Source: the human T2T-CHM13v2.0 reference genome, Homo sapiens
Length of the DNA: 64,000 nt
Strand: one strand, 5' to 3'
Assembly: GCF_009914755.1 (NCBI RefSeq)
Contig: NC_060941.1
Below, piece after piece: positions 59,051 to 64,000 of the stretch. A model generated the notes under the pieces. The model did no database searches. It was not told the origin of the DNA and saw only the letters and a program-made list of their open reading frames with translations. The translations under genes were made by a program, and so were the position numbers. Position 1 is the first letter of the stretch, and every line of letters begins with the position of its first letter.

Positions 59051-59491
59051 GGATAGACCGTATGCTTATTTAAAAAAAAAAACAAGTAAATAAACCATAA
59101 GTTAAACATTCAGTATTGTTCATATCCAATCACCTAAACAAATAAAATGTAATATCTGTTCCCAAATATGATGGCTATATTTTGTATTATTACAGAAATA
59201 GTTGAATTCAGAGCCAATTTTGATTTCTTGTTTCCTAGTTCAGTTAATAGGAAGCAATTGTGAATAATACAGGCACCTCCTGAAAGAGGCAATTCTTTAA
59301 TAGAAATTCTAGTTTGACTTCTTTACTGTTTGGTACAATACTATTTTCTCCAATTTTTAAAAAGTAATTAATAATTAATTATTGTTATTGAAAGTTTTGC
59401 TGTTGTTTCTACTATGGAGCTACTATGACAACTACATTAGCAATTCTGTTAAGGTACTGGTGCATAGTATTTGAAAGTTTGCAAGCCATAG

Positions 59492-59631
59492 AGCCAGGCG
59501 TGGTGGCCAGTGCCTATAATCCCAGCTAATTGAGAGGCTAAGGAGTTGGGAGGATTGCACGAGCCCAAGAATTCAAGACCAGCCTGGGCAACATAGCAAG
59601 ATCCTGTCTTATATTAAAAAAGAAAAAAAAA
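59492..59631 (+). mobile_element. FLAM Alu monomer
   Basis: Single left-type monomer with A tail; AAGTTTGCAAG on both flanks. Confidence 0.85.
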
Positions 59632-60475
59632 GGAAGTTTGCAAGTCTTTTTATCTTCAAAGTATTGTCTGCATTGAATTGTCTCCCGTCTGACAGAAACC
59701 TGGCCTGGGAATTACCCCTTTCCCTTCCCATTGGGTGAACACTGAAACTAGTATCAGGTGCTAATGATTTCTGAACCAGACAAAAACAACTTAGAGAAGT
59801 GAACACAGATCCCTGTCCTGTCAGCTCCTTCCTGCTGATTTATTAGCTGGAAGGCATTGTTTGTTTTAAAAGGTGGAGCAACTAGGGACGGTCTACCGTC
59901 ATCTTTGTAATTTCTTAAGATCCCAAAAACAGACATAGTGGTACAGTGACCTAATTTTCCAGGCAATGGTTACCCAATAGGTCAGTCAGCTAATTTCAGA
60001 ATTTGATGCACCACGAAAAAGGATGGTCATTGGATCAAGAAGTCAGCTGGGCAAAAAAGTCGTCCTTAATAAAATAAATGACATCATATTGGCAGTAGCT
60101 TTGCTGGCCTTTGGATATTTAAATTTCATAAGTTATCACAGATGAATGTTTGTGCAGTACTGGTTGTGTAGAGGCAAAAAGATATGATACACATTGTCAG
60201 AAGTGTTAGTACTAAGAAAAAAATTACCAAAAAAGATATTTGAGCTTAAGTGAGTTTACAGTCATAATATAAACCCACTACCTTGTAAAATTGGCTATTG
60301 TGAAATACCAATGTTTTTGTACCACACCTATTGGCATCATTATCACGAAGTAATCATTGTGTTAATAGATCAGAATAAATAGGTTTCTATTTCATTTAAG
60401 GTTACAAGTTTCACATTTGATCCTTGCCATTAAACTTTTTTTAAAAAAATAAAAAAATATAACTGGCTGGCTACA

Positions 60476-60720
60476 ACAGGGATCAGCAAAATTTTTCTGT
60501 AGAGGTCCAGATAATAAATAATTTAGTCTTTGCAAGCTATACAATCTCTGCAGCAACTAGTCAACTCTCACCTTGAATCATGAAAGCAACCATAGACCAT
60601 ATATAAATGAAAGAACAGGGCTGTGTTTGTATAAAACTTTATTCACAAAAGCAGGTAAAAATAGATAAATATTCAATGGTCTGGACTTTGGCCCACAGAC
60701 CATAGTTTGCCAACCTCTCT
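60476..60720. mobile_element. MER58A (hAT-Charlie MITE)
   Basis: CAGGGATCAGCAAAATTTTTCTGTAGAGG..ATAAAACTTTATTCACAAAAGCAGG..CATAGTTTGCCAACCTCT. Confidence 0.88.
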
Positions 60721-60734
60721 GCTATAGTATAAGT

Positions 60735-61010
60735 GTAATGTACTCAACTATTTTCTTATTGCTGGGGATTTAGATGATTCCCAAAATTTCTCTATTCTAA
60801 TAAAAAATTTCAACAAACATCTCTATGGTTAAGACTTCGTCTGCATTTCCAAAACTATCCTTAGAATAGTTTCCTAGAAGTGGAATTTCTAGGTCAAAAG
60901 CTATAAATATTTTTAAGCCTTTTAATTCTTTTGCCACTTGGGCATGTAAATTGGTGTGTCATTTCTGGAAAGCAGTTTGGCAATGCCTAAGTAATCCCTC
61001 CCTAAGATCT
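60735..61010 (-). mobile_element. L1ME fragment containing a micro-inversion
   Basis: TTCCTAGAAGTGGAATTTCTAGGTCAAA antisense L1; 60937-60977 in opposite orientation. Confidence 0.7.
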
Positions 61011-61274
61011 CACTTGTTCTAAGTACAATCATTTGTAAAGGAAAACAAGTAAACAAAAATGCTGCATGAATTTTATGGTTTTTTAAAAAAAGATATCTCA
61101 ATGTATTAGGTTTGCGTGCACATGACAGGTTACAAAAATTCAACATTTTTTACATTTATTTTCCTTTCGTATTTCTATTTTAATATTTTTATTTCTATCT
61201 TGGCCCATTTGTCTGTTTTTTCTCTCATCATTTTATCTTTTCCTCTCCAATTTTATTTCCACCGTACATATTTT

Positions 61275-61530
61275 AGATGGTAAAAATTTAAGAGCACAAT
61301 TTCTAGAATCAGACGGTCCAGGTTCACACCGTAATTCTTCCACTTTCTGGCTGTGTGACCTTTCGCAAGTTACTAAAACTCCCTGTGCCTCAACTTCCAC
61401 ATTGCTAAAATGGAGTCACTAAGAGTATCTACATCACGTTCTTGCTTTGAGAACCCAATGAGAATAGCATATAAAGAAATCACTTTACACATTACCTAGC
61501 ACACAGAAAATGTTCAATAAATACTACCTA
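61275..61530 (+). mobile_element. MIR
   Basis: TAGAATCAGAC..GGCTGTGTGACCTT..CAAGTTACTAAAACTCCCTGTGCCTCA. Confidence 0.75.
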
Positions 61531-61728
61531 TGAGAATGGTAGTGAAGGTACATTTCCGTCATCGCTTAAATGGTCACTACCTATCTGGTGATCAAATACA
61601 CTTTTACCTCTATTTTATTTGAACTTTATTATGGTTTAATTTGAAAAATTTCTTTGGATGTTATTTTGGTGTATAGTATAGAGACAGTGTCTAAACTGGT
61701 TTATTTTCTAAATAGCTAGTCAATTACT

Positions 61729-62038
61729 GGATGGACATGGTAGCTCATGCCTGTAATCCTAGCACTTTGGGAAGCCAAGGCAGTTGGATTGCCTGAGCTC
61801 AAGTGTTCAAGACCGGCTTGGGCAACATGGCGAAACTCTGTCTCTATAAAAATACAAAAAATTAGCCGGGCATGGTCGCATGTGCTTGTAATCCCAGCTT
61901 CTCCAGAGGCTGAGGCGCTAGAATTGCTTGAACAATCTGGGAGGTGGAGGTTGCAGTGAGTCAAGATCACACCACTGCACTCTGGCCTGGGCAACAAAGG
62001 GAGACTCTTGTCTCAAAAAAAAAACCAATAATAATAAT
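61729..62038 (+). mobile_element. AluJ/S (diverged) inside antisense L1ME (~61590-62530)
   Basis: TSD AATAGCTAGTCAATTACT / AATAGCTAGGCAACTACT. Confidence 0.93.
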
Positions 62039-62679
62039 TAATAGCTAGGCAACTACTGCAATAATTGTTATTGAATATACATTCCTTTCTCATTAGTGGG
62101 CACTGTGATCTTTATCAAATATTTTCCTATTCCACTTTTTAGAATTTGCTTCAGGGAAACCTAGTCTTAGAGGTATCTGCCGGTATAATCTGGCTTCTTC
62201 ATCATTGACTTATTTGTTATGACTTTATAATACTTTAGCACCCAATAATTCAACTCACTTGCATGACTCTAATTCCCCATGTTTTTCTTAGACATCCTAA
62301 TAGATTTATTCTTTTATTTGAATTTTGCAGTCATGTTGTCAATTTCCCATACTTAAATTTGGTTACTTAATTTTGGATTACTGTTACTTAAACTTGGATC
62401 AGAAGTGAATGACACTTACGAAATAACCTGAGAGTTGACATGTGTAATAATGAGCATTCTTCACATCCCCTGGGACATAATGTGCATCTGCATTTTTCTG
62501 ATTCTTTTTTCTATTTTTCAATAAATTTTTGTGGTTTTCTACACCACTAAAAGAACTAGTAATACATAGAGGTGCTCAATGCTAATGCTGGGTGGATAAT
62601 GCAGCATTGCTGGAGGGATTAAAGGCAAATTACCTCTTAGCCTTTGAAGGTTCTTCTAAGTAGAGGGATCTGTTGCTTA

Positions 62680-63040
62680 ATTCACATTTTAATGCATTTA
62701 ATAGCTCTAAAAATATTTTATCTGGACCTCCTATTTGCCAGACATTCTAATAGGTTCTATGAAGGATTTAGACAAAGACTCAGCCATAGGTCCTATCATC
62801 GAGATTCTTCCAGTCTGTGAGGAGGCACAAACCTGCATAAATGTAATTACATTATAATATTGCAGGTGTAAAATAAAAGTATGTTAAGAGCAAAGAGTTG
62901 GCATATGATTAACAGCTATGATATGCAGGCAAGACTTCCAGATGAGTTGCTGATGAAACTTGTGTGAGGCACAAAAAAGATGGATAAGAGTTTCACAGGA
63001 GTGTAAAATGGCAATGTGCATTATGTGTTTGTTAAGGGGT
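62680..63040 (-). mobile_element. L2 3' end
   Basis: ATATTTTATCTGGACCTCCTATTTGCCAGACATT. Confidence 0.45.
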
Positions 63041-63909
63041 ATCAAGATGTGGAAGACATCATCTGTGATTCTTCTTGAGTCTTGGACTCTGTAAAATCCA
63101 CATTGTCAAGTCATAAGTCAACTTGAAGCTCAGAGGCTGCCTGTGTTGGGAAAAAGGGTGTGAATCTCCAGGGCAAGACAAAGATTAAGTAATGGATGCT
63201 TTGATGTTGTTTCCTTGAATGCGTCTATCTCATGTGTGTTTCTCCCCAAATATTTGGTGATAATGTGGTTTGGCTGAAGGAGAGAATGTTTGTTGAACAT
63301 TATGTCAGCATAATATCAGCTTTAGAATTTCACAGATATCTAAGTGTCCTAAGAGACCAACTGGACTGGATATCAGACCAAGATTCTGATAAAAGGGGAT
63401 AACAGAGATTAACCGGAGCAGAAAAAGTACTTTTCTGAGCCAGAGATAACAAGAGAAACTTAAAGAAAGTGCTGAAGCAAGAAACTTTAAGCCTGTGAGT
63501 AGGTAAGTAAAAACTTAAATTTTTTGCAATAATACCAAAGAAGATTTCCTTTTCTATCGTATTAAATTAGTGCTATCGGCTTTGGTCTAGATGCTTCTGT
63601 CTGAAGTATAGTGGCTGTAGTATTGTCTTTGGAATAAATATTAATAACGTTTGTTTCTGAGTATTCATTTTCGTAATTAATTGCTTCAGGTTGAGCTATG
63701 TCGCAATTAAAGATCATTTTGAACCAACTTCTACACTCAAAACATGAGGAAACTGAGGCTCATAGAGAAGAAATGACACTTGAAAGTCTCTCTGACAACC
63801 TATGCATTTAACATTCATCTATAACACTAACATTTTACACTTTTGCTGTTTTCCTTTGAGTAGAGAAGCCATCATGAATGATTCGTTTTTTGTTTTTGTT
63901 TTTTTGGAT

Positions 63910-64000
63910 GGTCTTTAGTTTTTAGAACCATTTTAGGTTTGTAGCAAAATTAAGTGGGAGGTACACAGATTTCCTGTATATCTGCTGCCCTCAAACATAC
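63910..64000 (-). mobile_element. L1MC/MD 3' end (runs off the window)
   Basis: TTTTAGAACCATTTTAGGTTTGTAGCAAAATTAAG..GTACACAGATTTCC. Confidence 0.7.

Overview
AT-rich, CpG-depleted primate (very probably human; AluY copies present) genomic DNA that looks intronic or intergenic. Roughly half is recognisable interspersed repeats: about a dozen Alu/FLAM/FRAM SINEs (many with readable target-site duplications), old and middle-aged L1s (including a rearranged ~4.9 kb L1PA/PB-type copy), L2, MIR, a CR1/L3 fragment, MaLR and ERV LTRs (THE1, MST incl. a two-LTR MST provirus, MLT1, MER4-group) and hAT MITEs (MER5, MER20, MER33, MER45, MER58). Family names come from remembered consensus motifs, not a database search, so subfamily calls and the edges of old repeats are approximate. 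I cannot identify a known protein-coding gene. Most ORFs in the track are Alu, microsatellite, L1 or MaLR artefacts or chance ORFs. There is no prokaryotic system and no CRISPR array. I found no evidence strong enough to claim a new biological system. The best leads are a CpG-rich, frame-preserving 186-nt exon-like segment on the minus strand (53563-53748), a plus-strand transmembrane-like exon/microexon candidate (13801-13869), a 5'-inverted (twin-primed) Alu, a 10-copy palindrome-bearing 24-bp minisatellite born inside MER33, a 41-bp micro-inversion inside an old L1, and several template-switch scars.
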